From Octopus sinensis (Eukaryota), in contig NC_042997.1 in assembly GCF_006345805.1 (NCBI RefSeq), positions 50,282,001 to 50,346,000 on the forward strand: a DNA stretch of 64,000 bases, given 5' to 3'. The notes under the pieces are model-generated. The model had not been told where the DNA came from. It made no database searches and worked only from the letters and a program-made list of their open reading frames with translations. Shown one piece after another: positions 40,689-53,888 of this stretch. Positions within the stretch are counted from its first letter, which is position 1. The number at the start of each line of letters is the position of its first letter. Position numbers and translations under genes: made by a program.

Positions 40689-41344
40689 ATATTGTCTAAT
40701 AAATACGATTATATTCAAGGTACCGTGTGCGTATGTGTGTGTGTGTGTAAGCCTGTGTGTGCGCGCGCTCACGCGTATGTGGCTATTGGCTTTGATATGT
40801 GAATACAAACTCCTAATGTTTTTCGAGAATGTACGAGGGAACAACAGAAGGGAAAAAAACTGTTGTCTGTTCAGAACCAGATGCATTTGGCTAAGTAAAA
40901 TTTCCTAAACTGAAAAACATATCAGTCATATCAGCCGTTCTTCCGATTCTTAATGCCGTATAATCCTGACAAATATTCGTTGTTAAGTAATTGAAGCCAA
41001 TTCGAAATGAAAGACACGTCGTACTCCAACCGAAATGGAATCCACTTCAAATTGCATCAGGGATTCACTCAAGAAGGGTTTCTCTGCGAAACGTTTATGT
41101 CTGTTCAAGTTTCAATCAATCGACATCAACACCCTCACTCTCCCCACTCTTTCTTACTCTCTTTCTTTCTTTCTTTCTATCCTTCCTTCTTTCTGTCTGT
41201 CTGACTGTCTATCTGTCTGTCTGTCTGTCTCTCTCTCTTTCTCTCTGTGTATGTCTCTATTTTCATGTATGACTAACCATATCTGTTTCCCTGTTTCACG
41301 ACAAAACAGAGAGGATGACAGAAGTGGGGGAAACAGAGAGAGAA

Positions 41345-41377
<33 letters not shown>

Positions 41378-41426
41378 TAGACAGACAGATAGACAGACGG
41401 ACAGACAGATAAACAGATAGAGAGGA

Positions 41427-41658
41427 GGGCGGCGAGCTGGCAGAATCGTTAGCACGTCGGGCGAAATGCCGAGCGGTATTTCGTCTGCCGCTACGTTCTG
41501 AGTTCAATTTCCACTGAGGTCGACGTTGCCTTTCATCCTTTCGGGGTCGATAAATTAAGTACCAGTTACGCACTGCGGTCGATATAATCGATTTAATCTG
41601 TCTGTCTGTCCTTGTTTGTCTCCTCTGTGTTTAGCCCCTTGTGAGTAGTAAAGAAATA
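41427..41658 (+). mobile_element. tRNA-derived SINE (gtcgactttgcctttcatcc family)
   Basis: Complete copy. Confidence 0.9.
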
Positions 41659-42139
41659 GATAGAGCGGAGGGGAAAGATAAGGAAAGCTAGGAAGTGTAA
41701 AGTGAGCCTTAAGCGTAAAAAAACCCTAGTTTATCATCAAAACTTGGGTACCAGTGTCACCGCCATTCGACTGCCATCACTGTGCGTTTCCTCCTTCCTG
41801 TTTGCTTTCCGTTCTCTATCTCTTGTCTTTTCTCTTTCTTTCTCTTTTTAATTATACGAGTAAAAGAGAGAGAGTGCTCCTAATACGCCAATTCAATATT
41901 CTACTTTCATAGCAGGTTTGTCACAGTTTTGTATGCTTTATCTTAAAATAAATATCATGTTGTGATATGCGAATAATATATTTTATGATTATGATATCTT
42001 GGGTGCTCGTTTTACAAATTCTGAATAAAAGGAGGGCGGACATACAGACATACAAACGCACAGACATACAGGTAGGCAGACGGACACACAGTCATAAAGT
42101 CAAACTGACAGACAGATATCAATATCATAGTTAGCTAGC

Positions 42140-42239
42140 TAGCTAGTAGATTGATAGATAGATAGATACATAGCTAGATAGATAGATAGATAGATAGATA
42201 CACAGTTAGATAGCTAGATAGCTAGACAGACAGACAGAC

Positions 42240-42325
<86 letters not shown>

Positions 42326-42337
42326 ATAGATAGACAG

Positions 42338-42368
<31 letters not shown>
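42140..42368. repeat. (GATA)n microsatellite
   Basis: Direct reading. Confidence 0.95.
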
Positions 42369-43242
42369 GTAACAGCTTAGAGTTCATACTGACATTCAAG
42401 TGATTAGAAGCTTTGCGAAGACACAGGTGTTTAGGTATTAGAGATATTTGACATTTGCCATATGAAAGGTATTTGCAATTCCCGAAGTTAGTGTGTAAGG
42501 TTTGGGAATCTGGGAATCTGGGAGACTAGATTTAAGAGCAATAGTCAAGCCTTCTTTGGATGTCATCTTCGGATAGTTAACGAAAGTTTTGAAGAGAGAG
42601 TTACTAATATTCAAACACCTGTCTCTCACAAAATGGTTATAGATAAAGATGCGTCTTCAAATATAGACACCCATATCACTTGCATTGTTTCTTTGCTTGG
42701 AGGGGAATAAAATCTTACGTTGTTGATGACCTTAATAGAAAATATGGTATTTGTGGCGTTCCTCACTCGCGTATGACAGTTTTTGTTGGATATCATGGAT
42801 AGATTTCATTTCTTTTGATTTCTGCGTCGTTACAGAGAATGTTCTAGTGTACAGTTGTGTTTATATCTGCAAGCATGATGAATAAGGAAAAAAAGATCGT
42901 AATAAAGATACTTTGATTTACCCTAACTCCGGCTTGAGGAAATAAGAGAGCAAATATCTAAACCTTTCATGTCACGGATTTTTATTTTTAGTTAGTGATA
43001 TAGAAATACTATTGTCGATCCTACAGTCTGATTTTTTTTCCATCAACCCAATTAATATTACGACGTCTCAAATCAACATTTTCCATTTATACGATTTCCG
43101 AAAATGTGAGTTATAATCGTTAGCTTTGCTCAAAATGGCTAACAATCTTGGTTAAAAAGATGTTTTGCTCAACAGTTAACTAAACTGAGTTGAATGAATG
43201 AAGGATTGTGTGAAAATTAAATTATGCTAAGTCTTATAAATG

Positions 43243-43545
43243 GGAGGCACAATGGCCCAGTGGTTTGGGGCAGCGGACTCGCGGTCGGAGGATCGCGGTT
43301 TCGATTCCCAGTCCCGGCGTTGTGTGTATTTGAGCGAAAACACCTAAAGCTCCACGATCCTCCGGCAGGTGGAGGAGGGCGACCCCTGTTGTACTCTTTC
43401 ACTCCAACTTACTCTCACTCTTTCTTCCTGTTTCTTGAGTAACGCTGCGATCGACTGGCGTCCCGTCCAGCTGGGTGGAACACATACGCCACAGGAACCG
43501 GGAAGCCGGGCCCATGAGCCTCGCTAGGCTTGAAAAGGGCGCATA
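43243..43545 (+). mobile_element. tRNA-derived SINE with V-domain-like centre
   Basis: gggaggcacaatggcccagtggtt head, ggtttcgattccc B box, gctgcgatcgactggcgtcccgtccagct; homologous to 26536-26785. Confidence 0.85.
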
Positions 43546-45390
43546 AAAACTAAAAAAAAGTCTTGTAAGTGAATATAAGAGATGGAAACTGTGTGGAAGT
43601 CTTTCGTATATTTATACACATGTGCATTTGTGGACATGTGTGTACGTCTCTATTTCCTCCCCTCTCACTCGATATTTCGTGTGGATTTGTATATGTCCCC
43701 ATAACTTAAACGGTTGCAAAAAGCGGCAAATAGGATAATATCCAAAGACTGCAACCAGTAATGAATGTAAGATATGTAAGATACATCCTGCTAATTGCAA
43801 AATAAGTGGATAATAATGATGACGCAATAAACAAAGATAAGCGAAAATAGGCAAAATTATGACGTAAACTAATGAAGCAAGTTTTTAAACTTAGAATATA
43901 TTTAGGTCAGGCTTTGTACTGACTTCAGCACCGGCGGTCGAACGGATATCAGAATATTTTCAGAGTTAAAAAGTGTTGACGATAAACAGAACAATCATTA
44001 ACATATATTTAAGAATGGATTTCTAGGCTCTATCTCGAAATCTATTACAAACAAACAGCTGTGCTACTTCTCACACGTAAATGCAGAAAGATTTGCACAC
44101 ACACACACACACATACACACATACACATATATATATATGTATTATATATCTTTATAGATATACAAATAGGTATACACACACACACAGACACATGTATTTA
44201 CACGCATACGTGCAAATGTATGTATATGTTTATTTACAGCCTTTGACAAAAGTGTATATACACGGAAGGTGCAGACCAAGGATTCTACTTTATAATAATA
44301 TATGTGGATTACGAGAAAACTGTTTATGAATGTTAACCTCAGGATTACTAAATTAATGATGTATTGCGCAATATTTCGATAAAGCAGCATTTTGGCTAGG
44401 CGCGATTTCAACGAAAGTTTTCGCAGTAATCTGGTAGGATCTTTTCTTTCAAATCCGAAATTGATGACTGAAACTATAAGCGGTTGTTTTGGAACTCTGC
44501 ATTTTGTATAGGTTTCAGATAAGGATATAACCACATATCCAATATCATGAGCTTCTTCGGGACAATATTTTCGTGTTATTTGCTGTGTGGCATTGTTTAC
44601 CATTCAGTTAGAATATAATGCGATTATAGAAGACAATTTCTTCAGAATATCAGCAATTTTTCTTTCTTTTTAGAATTTCTGGTTATCATTAGAGGCGTTA
44701 TCAAAATACTTGCAATTCTCTTTGTGGACGTGACCCACACTTATTTCATAAAGGATGAACATTGCTTCACACTTCAAACTGTTTACCTAGGATTATACTT
44801 TGAGTCGACAGAAAAAAGTATTCAATGCAAACGGATTAATAGATTATTCCTCATTAATAATGGCCAGTCCTTCTCAATCACATTCTAATGACCGTGAAGA
44901 ATTTTGAACGATTCCAAAAGATTTGTGTGTGTGAGTGAATGTAATAGCCAATGTGTTTTGGTTATGCAATAACATTGATGTCTTTTTGCAATCGACGTCA
45001 TTAAGTATAAGTGCTGAATTTAACTGTTGTTGGCAACAATGATTGCATCGCACGGCTAGTGCAATACATTGGGCTGCAACGTATAGGATGAGTCATATGG
45101 TCTGCTTAAAGAGGTGAAGTACGATGTCTGCTTGATGAATTGGTTCCACATGTCTAACGTAATCGAGGCAGAGCTTTCTGAATAACACCGACACATTTAC
45201 TTGAACTAATATCTTATTCAACGTCGGTCCAGCGCAACACAAAGCAACACTTATGAGATGACAGTTTCATAAATATATAAAATATTGATATTTCTTGCGC
45301 TTGATCTTTCTTCTTTGTATGTTCAAAAACTAGCTGCAAGACCTTTTTTCCCTCCATTTTGAAGAGCGGTTATAGGCTACCGGCCGTTAA

Positions 45391-45448
45391 GGTCTGAAGA
45401 GATGTGTGTGAAGCTAAGAGCCTTATGAACGCGAAACCCTGGGTAACC
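45391..45448 (+). ncRNA. Degenerate type I hammerhead motif (element I)
   Basis: ggt-CTGAAGA-[weak stem II]-GAAAC-cctgg-GTA-acc; palindromic stem III; (TA)n about 40 nt downstream. Confidence 0.5.
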
Positions 45449-45484
45449 CTATAAACCAAATCTAACCTTCTCTAAATATACATG

Positions 45485-45524
<40 letters not shown>

Positions 45525-45629
45525 GAGAGGGAGAAAAATAGAAAGAAAGAAAAGAACAAGGGAGAGAGAGGATATGCATAAACATACAGAAAGAGTGATG
45601 AGTAAATATATAGAATCTTTTCTACTCTA

Positions 45630-46210
45630 GGGACAAGGCGGTGACCAGTCGATAAGATCGACTGCAGTACGCAACTGGTACTTAATTTATTGACCCCGAA
45701 AGGATGAAAGGCAAAGTCGACATCGGTAGAATTTGAACTCTGAATGTAAAGACAGACGAAATACCGCTAAGCATTTCGTCCAGCGTGCTAACGTTTCTTA
45801 TTTCTTTATTACCGACAAGGGGCTAAACATAGAGGAGATAAACAAGACAGACAAACGGATTATCGATTATATCGACCCCAGTGCGTAACTGGTACTTATT
45901 TAATCGACCCCGAAAAGATGAAAGCCAAAGTCGACTTCGGCGGAATTTGAACTCAGAACGTAGCGGCAGACGAAATACCTATTTCTTTACTACCCACAAG
46001 GGACTAAACACAGAGGACAAACAAGGACAGACAAACGGATTAAGTCGATTATATCGACCCCAGTGTGTAACTGGTCCTTATTTATTCGACCCCGAAAGGT
46101 TGAACGGCAAAGTCGACCTCGGCGGAATTTGAACTCAGAACATAACGGCAGACGAAATACGGCTACGTATTTCGCCCGGCGTGCTAACGTTTCTGCCAGC
46201 TCGCCGCCTT
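45630..46210 (-). mobile_element. Multimeric SINE with repeated modules
   Basis: Three to four repeats of cgaccccgaaag.atgaaag.caaagtcgac.tcggcggaatttgaactc; head at ~46208. Confidence 0.85.
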
Positions 46211-46505
46211 AACAAATATATCGAATGTTTCATCAAAGATACTACTCAGGCGTATGTGAGAAATATTCAAGTGGTCTCACACATACATACGCATATACAC
46301 ACACATATACACACGTACATATATGGATAGATAATCTTGCCGAATACATTATTTAGCATGTCATTGATCGTTTCCACAAAATGAAATCGACGTAAGAAAT
46401 TATAAGAAATAAATGAACACCTTATAAAAAGAAACAAAATATATCCTGCGGATACATGCAAACCGTAGTTTTAGTAAGTGATTTGATATATATATATATA
46501 TATAT

Positions 46506-46800
46506 TGAAAAAATTTTGTCTTACCTCTAGGAAGAACATCTGGAAAGTGGAAAACCTAGAATCGGATAATGCAGGACCGGTTTCAGACTCTTCAAATACG
46601 TTTGACAACGTAGATTTGATTTGTCTTCATCAGCTGCATATACCTGGACAATATTTCAAATGTTGCCACAGCTATGCCAGTACACTCGTCTGAACGCCAA
46701 AACGTTAACTGAACGATAACAGTGAAGAAGTTTCAATGAAAATAATAATGCAATACGAAAGTATTGCTTTCCAGTAAAAGATAACCCGTAAGGGTAAAAT
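46506..46800 (-). mobile_element. Short HHR-bearing monomer F between (TA)-rich tracts
   Basis: About 300 bp unique sequence bounded by TA repeats; contains the HHR below and two further tetraloop hairpins. Confidence 0.65.
46569..46639 (-). ncRNA. Canonical type I hammerhead ribozyme (element F)
   Basis: Minus strand: atgcag-CTGATGA-agac[caaat..acgtt-gtca-aacgt-atttg]gtct-GAAAC-cg-GTC-ctgcat. Confidence 0.92.
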
Positions 46801-46876
46801 TATACATATAATATATATACATATATATATCAAATAATTGATAGGGAAGACGGATTGTACTGTAAGCTTTATTTAG

Positions 46877-46980
46877 AACGACGATCGTTTCAGCTTGTAT
46901 CTGCACTGCTCCTTAGTGGGTGTAAAGCAGCATAATAGAATCGAATGCACCCCGCAGTACAGAAGAAACCTCACCAGGTT
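46877..46980 (-). ncRNA. Hammerhead motif G1 (A6-to-G lesion)
   Basis: Minus strand: aac-CTGGTGA-ggttt..aagct-GAAAC-gatc-GTC-gtt; diverged inverted paralogue at 47421-47524. Confidence 0.6.
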
Positions 46981-47420
46981 ACATAACACGTTACAGTGTT
47001 ACAGTATGTGTGCAGGATGGAGGTATGATACATGCATTTACAGCAGTTCATATGTCTATCTATATGTATATATGTGTATCTGTGCATGTGTACACACACA
47101 TATATATATATATATGATTGTGTGAATGTGTGTATATATATATATATTTATGCATCTCTCTGTATGTATGTATGTACGAGTGTATGTGCGTGTCTGTGTG
47201 TTTGTCTGTGTGTGTGTTATTTGTGTATGTCTGTGTGTACCCACATTACCACGAATGATACGCATGACTAACCATCAAAGAACTCCACAATCTTTAGAAC
47301 TTTTTTCATTCAAAGGCCATTCCGACCTTCCCATTTATTTTTTGTATTTGACTTTTTTCATCCTTTACCCAACAATCTCTGAGTACACATCAAACATCCT
47401 ACCTCATCAACATATTTTGT

Positions 47421-47524
47421 AATCTGACGAGGTTCCTTCTGCACGGTGGAGTGCATTCGATTCCATTATATCGTTCCCTACCCACTAAGAAGCAATACAG
47501 ATGCAAGCCGAAAAGATCGTCATC
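47421..47524 (+). ncRNA. Hammerhead motif G2 (C15.2-to-A lesion)
   Basis: aat-CTGACGA-ggtt..agcc-GAAAA-gatc-GTC-at; homology with G1 extends to ctatcaattatttga (~47570). Confidence 0.6.
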
Positions 47525-47770
47525 CTAAATAAAGCTTAAAGTGCACTCCGTCTTTCTATCAATTATTTGAAATATACTAAATATGCAGCGTAGATCCTGC
47601 GACGAAAGGGCTGTACCGCGGATGCCGCATGGTATAGCCATATGTGGTGAAGTGCTCTCAGGCCACACTACTAGGAACGTACCCTAAACAAGGTTTGGAT
47701 ACTAGATTTTAAAGTCTCCTATCAAAAATTTAATTTTCAAAATAACGTGTGTGTGAGAGTGTGTGTGTGC

Positions 47771-47812
<42 letters not shown>

Positions 47813-47998
47813 TCAAGTGTGTACGTGTGTGTATGTGAGTCGCATGCGCTCACTTTTAAGGTGGGTTACGCCATAAATACTTATCGGTTGATTAGAGTCT
47901 TCTTTTTATAGATTAAATCATTAAGGGGCCATTTGGTTTCTTAACATGGCTGTAGGGCTTGCTGTTTAATGCATCGAAACTAAAAAGGAATTGTTTAG

Positions 47999-48051
<53 letters not shown>

Positions 48052-48084
48052 TATAATAATTATAATAATAATAATAATAATGAT

Positions 48085-48620
48085 GCAGTACCAGGCTTCT
48101 GATCTTAACTGATTGGAAGTGTTATCATGTACATTGTTTTGTCTTGGTATAAAAGATGGGCTACAGCAAATATTCTGCTCAATACCACAGATTTGCTTGT
48201 CAGTTGTTTGACCTTAACCAGTTGAGCATGTCCCTTAGTGGCTGATGATATGTGCATCTCTGATCACGAGCAGAAGTAGTGGGGGAGCATCATAGCCATG
48301 TGTTGAGAGGGATTCTTTGGGGTTTGAATAATTCACCTCTGGAAACATGGGTGGTTCTTTCAACATCCTTAAACAACCCTTATTCAGGGACCTTTTGAAC
48401 GGGATGGGCTACTCAACCTGAAGAAAATTCTAACTGGGCCCCACCTGCAAGGTCATGTGCTGTTTATCTTGATATGAGCTCACCATGTCGCGCACATATG
48501 GTTGTGATGCATGTGCCTGGTGTACCCTTATCAGACGGGTAGTCATGATGGGTATATTGGGCTTCGTATATTTTTACCCCAGTGTCACTTTGATGGCATG
48601 AACTGCTCTCTCACTCAATA
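48085..48620. mobile_element. Unclassified ~535-bp non-coding element flanked by (AAT)n on both sides
   Basis: Complex sequence between (AAT)n at 48001-48080 and 48620-48645; no ORF. Confidence 0.5.
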
Positions 48621-48669
48621 ATAATAATAATAATAATAATAATGACGATGATGATGATGATGATGATGA

Positions 48670-50012
48670 TGATGAAAATCATTGAACCATTTTCTGTTTA
48701 TGGAGGACATAAAATTGTTGGTAAATCTGAAAAACAGATAGATTCTTTAACCAAAAGAGTCCAGAAGTGTGGTTGTGACATCGGTATAGAATTTGGCATT
48801 ACCAAATGATCAGTACTTAATGTGAAAAGAGGGAAGAAAGCATCCTGCAGAGGATTGCAGTTACCAACAGTAGAGACCATGGGTGAACCCGATGGTAGTG
48901 GGTATCGATATTTAGAGATTTTGGAACTGGATGACATTCTACACAGAGAAATGAAAGTCAAGGTCAGTGAGGCATATCAAAGAAGGGTGAAGATGATGTT
49001 GAATTCCAACCTGAATGCCAAGAATATGATTACCACAATGAATATCTGGGCAGTTGCGGTGGTCAGATATAGTGCGTCCATCTTCAAATGGACTAAGGTA
49101 GAAATATTAACACTGGATAGAAGGACGAGAAAGTTGACGACGCTGAGTTTAACCAAAGAGGTGAGAAGAGAAAAGAAGCTCTTGAAATAAGAATGCGTGG
49201 ACAGTTTGAAAGGAATACACAGGATGTTAAGGATAATACAAAATCTTGGGCATGGCCTGAGCGAGGGGATTTGAAGTGTTCTACCGAAAGCCTGATCAGT
49301 GCTGCACAAGACCAGGCTCACGCTACCAATTCAGTGAAGTATAACAGCTATAAAACTTCTGACACCCAGAAATGCGGCTCTGTGGAAAGAGTGTGGAAAA
49401 TGTGACCCACTTGGTAAGTGGATGTGAGAGCCTTGCTCAAAAAGAATACAAGCGTCGCCACGATAAAGTGTGTGTGTATCTTCAATGACTCTTATGTCGT
49501 AAATACCAATATGAAGTAACAGAGAACTGGTATGAGCATGTACCAAGTAAAGTTATGCAGGTGGATGGAAAAGTAACGACACTCTGGGACTATGATTTTC
49601 AGACAGATCATGTAATCGAACACCGTCGGCTGGATATTGTCATATTGAATAAGAGAGACTGTCAGATCATTGATGTAGCCATACCAAATAACCTGAATGT
49701 TGTGAGTAAAGAGGTTGAAAGAAATCACCCAAGTACTCCGAATTGAAAGTGGAAATGGCAAGACTGTATGGAATGCGGGAGGGTAATGTAAAAGTGATAC
49801 CAGTAGTGATGGGGTCGTTGGGCTCAATCCCATTGAAACTTCAAGACTTCTTAAAGCAACTGGAAATCCCACTCAAGATTGATGTCTTGCAAAGAGCAAT
49901 CTTATTGGGCACAGTGCACATCTTAAGGAAAGTATTATCTGTTTGAGGTCCTTATTGTGACTTGAAAGATGACTAAAGACTTCGGTGCATTTTACCTGCA
50001 CTGTGTTACAAA
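48670..50012 (+). mobile_element. 5'-truncated R4/Dong-like LINE (RT tail, CCHC knuckle, restriction-like endonuclease), frameshifted
   Basis: YRYLEILE, NIWAVAVVRYS, AAQDQA, C..C...E.V.HLVSGC..LAQKEYKRRHD, LWDYDFQTDHVIEHRRLDIV, IIDVAIP, IPVVMGSLG; 3' end followed by (AAT)n at 50015-50083. Confidence 0.9.
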
Positions 50013-50021
50013 GGAATAATG

Positions 50022-50083
<62 letters not shown>

Positions 50084-50299
50084 TTTTTCTTTCTTCATAA
50101 ATAAATTCAGTTCTTCAGGGCGAATGTCATTGAATTGTCATAGAAATGATCTCGTTTTAATTAGTGTTTTACAACTAGCTTTTTTTCAATTGATAGAACT
50201 GAAACGGTAACGATTTTCTCCCGTTTTGTATTGCTTTTGTATCTTTCGATTCTCTTCAACGCAATAAAGACCGTTCTACGGTGAAAGCCGTAGAATGAT

Positions 50300-52560
50300 T
50301 TGTCAAAAACAAATTGCAAAGATCAAAATGTTCTCACATAATTTCATTGAGATCATTAGCATAAATATAATACATAAAATTATATACTCTACTTTTTAAA
50401 CCATCCATTAGAATTATAACATTTAGTTGAATCTGTAAACGATTTAATGATTTTCAGCTAAAATTGAAAAGGTTCAATGGATTAAGGCTCTGCTAACGAG
50501 GAATATCTTGCTTTTAATTGGCCAATTGTTGTGCTAATAATTCCGTTGCAGTGCATTCTATAAATGTTGTAGGTCAGTAGATTTATACTTGGATCTTTTT
50601 AACTTGGATTGCTGCATCGGTAACATACATTTCCCCTGGTATTTCATAAAACATCGAAAAGTTTATATTCAAGTACGTTTCTATATTTCATTTTGTGTTT
50701 CTTTTGCGCTTTAGAATATATCACATCAAGACTTTTAATCCGAAAGATGTTAACTAAGGCACCATTGAAGGTAACTATATCTCTAATTCTAATAAAAACA
50801 CGCAATCAGAATCTTTTAAAATGCAGAATTTATAGTACTCTCACCTCATGCTTCAGGATTCTCAATGATGTTTTTTTAAAAGAAACTGATTAGGAAATCG
50901 CAATTTTCTTTTGAAGTATTAATGAGACGTGACGAATAATTCCATTTTGTTGCTGCTGCTTTGAAAAATTTCTTTCCTTAACAGTATTATCTCATGCATT
51001 GGTTCTTTGGGGGAATTTCGTAAAAACACGTATCCAGTTCATTTATGTTTTTTTAAATGCTTTTTGTTCTTTTATAGCAGAGCATGCTTGTGAAAAAACT
51101 AAGTTCACTGCATGAGCACAACACTGAATAAAGATGACAGATTAATATTACTCCCATATTAAGGCTGCGAGCTGGCAGAATCGTTAGCGCACCGGGAAAA
51201 ATGCTTAGCAGTATTTCGTCTGCCGTTACATTCTGAGTTCAAATTCTGCCGAGGTCGACTTTGCCTTTCATCCTTTCAGGGTCAATAAATTAAGTACCAG
51301 TTACGCACTGCGGTCGATAAATTAAATACCAGTTACGCACTGGGGTCGATGTAATCGACTTAATCCCTTTGTCTGTCCTTGTTTTTCGCCTCTATGTTTA
51401 GCCCCTTGTGGGCAATAAAGAAATAAGAATCGTTAGCAAGCTGGTCGAAATGCTTAGTGGCATTTCGCCCGTCTTTACGTTCTGAGTTCAAATTCTGCTG
51501 AGGTTGATTCTTGTCTTTTATCCTTTGGGGATCGATATAATGAGTGCCAGTCGAGCACTGGAATCGATGTAATCGATTTACCCATCCCCTGACATTGCTG
51601 GTTTTGTACCAAAATGTGAGACCAAAATTTCTCCTCTTTTTTTTCACTGCCACAGTTAATTTTCCTGCAATTACAGTAGCACCATCATAGGTTGGTGCAA
51701 TTAATTTATTTCCAAACTTACACAATTCAATACATTTTAAAGACATATTCAGATAAAAGTATTTGCTGAACGGTTTACATTAACATCATTAACACCGATA
51801 TATGGTTCTTTCGCAACGGAAGCATTCGCAACATAACGTAAAACAGTCGACTGTTGCAAATAGTTCGATATATCGGATACTTCATTTACAAAGAATAGCG
51901 ACAAATTTAGCTTAATTAAGTTCATTTTTTTTTTTTAGTTCATTCAACATTAATTTTTATCATGCATTGATCAAGTCATTCTGAATTCTTTTCGAGAGAC
52001 CTGAGAAAGAGGAAACTGTAGGTATATGGCCTGTCACTTTTTCACCAACTGATTAAATATAATTTTCTATCTTTTTTCTTTTGCTTTGCTTTTTTTATGA
52101 TTCTCGCGATTATTGGATGCTTCAGATACAAAATTATCACAAAGTGGATAATTCTTGGCGATCTAAAGAAGTAGCTGCATCGATCAATCTCCATAGAGTA
52201 ACTCTGTTATAACTTTATTATGCTACCGTATGTTGTCTTTTATTTGTACTAGTTGTAAGTCTGCGAACATTTCCAAATATTTTAAGATTGACGATATATT
52301 TCATATATCTTTGAAAATGTTCAATGTTTTAGCATGGACCATACATAGATTACGTTAAATATCATAATCTTTCTCATTGCAAATAATTATTTCTAAACTA
52401 AATAACAAGCATCGCCTGCAAAATAATTTAAATGTTTTCTTTTATATGAAATTAACTTGAAAACGTTTCATACATTTCTAATCGGAACTTTAGAAATTTG
52501 TTAATTTCTCTACTAATATATATATATTTCCCCTTCAAAGTAATTTTAAAAAAACTGTTT
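50300..52560 (-). pseudogene. hAT transposase relic (ZMYM1-like type) interrupted by SINEs
   Basis: Manual translation: LIDAATSLDRQEL, SKRIQNDLINA, EVSDIS....STVLRYV, KLIAPTYDGATVIAGKL, CAHAVNLV, TKWNYSSRL. Confidence 0.8.
51163..51625 (+). mobile_element. Tandem SINE pair inserted in the hAT relic
   Basis: Two successive gtcgactttgcctttcatcc-family bodies. Confidence 0.85.
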
Positions 52561-52835
52561 TTCAAACTTTCCTTCATGACACACGTTTCAGTCTTTTAGA
52601 CCGAAATGCAGTAACGTAATGAAGTTAAATAAAACAAAGTTCCAAAGACATTTAAGATCAAATATAATCGGCGATGTTTTGATGTGCCTCCGCATGTGTG
52701 TGTATGTATGTATCTGTTTAAATGTGTACCCTTTCTGTGAATTGAAAAAAGTACCCTAACATTAAGTTTGAATAACGAATGACAATCAAAAATACTGATT
52801 TTTGTTGGTGTTCTACCTTCACACTTGCATCAATC

Positions 52836-52871
<36 letters not shown>

Positions 52872-52934
52872 CATTATTATTATTTGTCTTTATCGCGGGT
52901 TTTATTGGAGCTCCTGGAGTCTTTCATGCGATGC

Positions 52935-53230
52935 AGGCTGGATGTTATCTAGCGTCCATCCCATCTAAAGTCAGGAACAGGAACTGCAATAGCTTAGGGT
53001 TCAAAGGTCCACAACTCTTCAATGCTCCGCCCCTGCAAAAAAAAAAAAAAGAAGAAACTTACACGATGTAGATATGGATGTTTTCAAAAAGGAACTGAAC
53101 ACTCTCCTATTCACGATAGCAGACGTAAAACATCTCAGCCAGAAGTGCAGATGAGGGAGTGTCAGACTCCCTCATATACCGAATAAACCATCAATCAGTG
53201 TAAAAGCAGATGCAGGAATGGTGAAGAAAT
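52935..53230 (+). mobile_element. 3' end of CR1/L2-like LINE
   Basis: CNSLGFKGPQLFNA.P, DVFKKELNTLL motifs typical of the C-terminus of the type seen at 1.7-2.7 kb. Confidence 0.65.
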
Positions 53231-53323
53231 CGGCCAAATAAGAAAGCTATGGAAAAGGTACAAAATCACTTTAATGATCCAGCATGGTCGCACCTGCAGG
53301 TCTGAAATACATTAAAAGAAGAA

Positions 53324-53363
<40 letters not shown>

Positions 53364-53433
53364 TAGATAGATGGATGGATGGATGGATGGATGGACGGAC
53401 GGATGGATGGATAGATGGGTGCTGGATAGATAA

Positions 53434-53464
<31 letters not shown>

Positions 53465-53888
53465 TGTTTCTTTATTAGCCACACAGGGCTGCACACAGAT
53501 AGAACAAATTACAAGGTAGAGCTTTTCTTTTGAAGGTTTAAAAAAAATAAAAAATAAAAAATAAAAATAATAAAAAAACAAGAAAAATAAAATAAAATAA
53601 AATAAAATAAAAAAGGGGGGTCGATCAAAAGGGATCGTAAAGGAGAGAAGAGGACAAAAAAAAGGGGGGTTAAAAAAAAAGGGGAGAGGAAAAAAATTGA
53701 TCAATAGGGATCGTTATCACAGAAATGTCAATATGAAGTGTAAAGGGGGGGACAGGTGAGGTTTACCCGTGGAAAGAAAAGCCTACGGAAAAGACCACGG
53801 TAACCTCGGTCAATGAAGTCACATGTTTATATTCTTTTTTTTTTTTTTTTTTTGCAAATAAGCAACTCTCTGTATTAATTTTTACGGT

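Noticed and set aside
44485-44575. CCGAAGA..hairpin..tGAAAC on the minus strand
   Set aside because: No NUH site or stem I pairing after GAAAC.
52565-52630. Hammerhead-like ggtc/gact-GAAAC-gtgt-GTC with cttcat/atgaag stem I (minus)
   Set aside because: No CUGANGA or compensated core between stem I and stem II.
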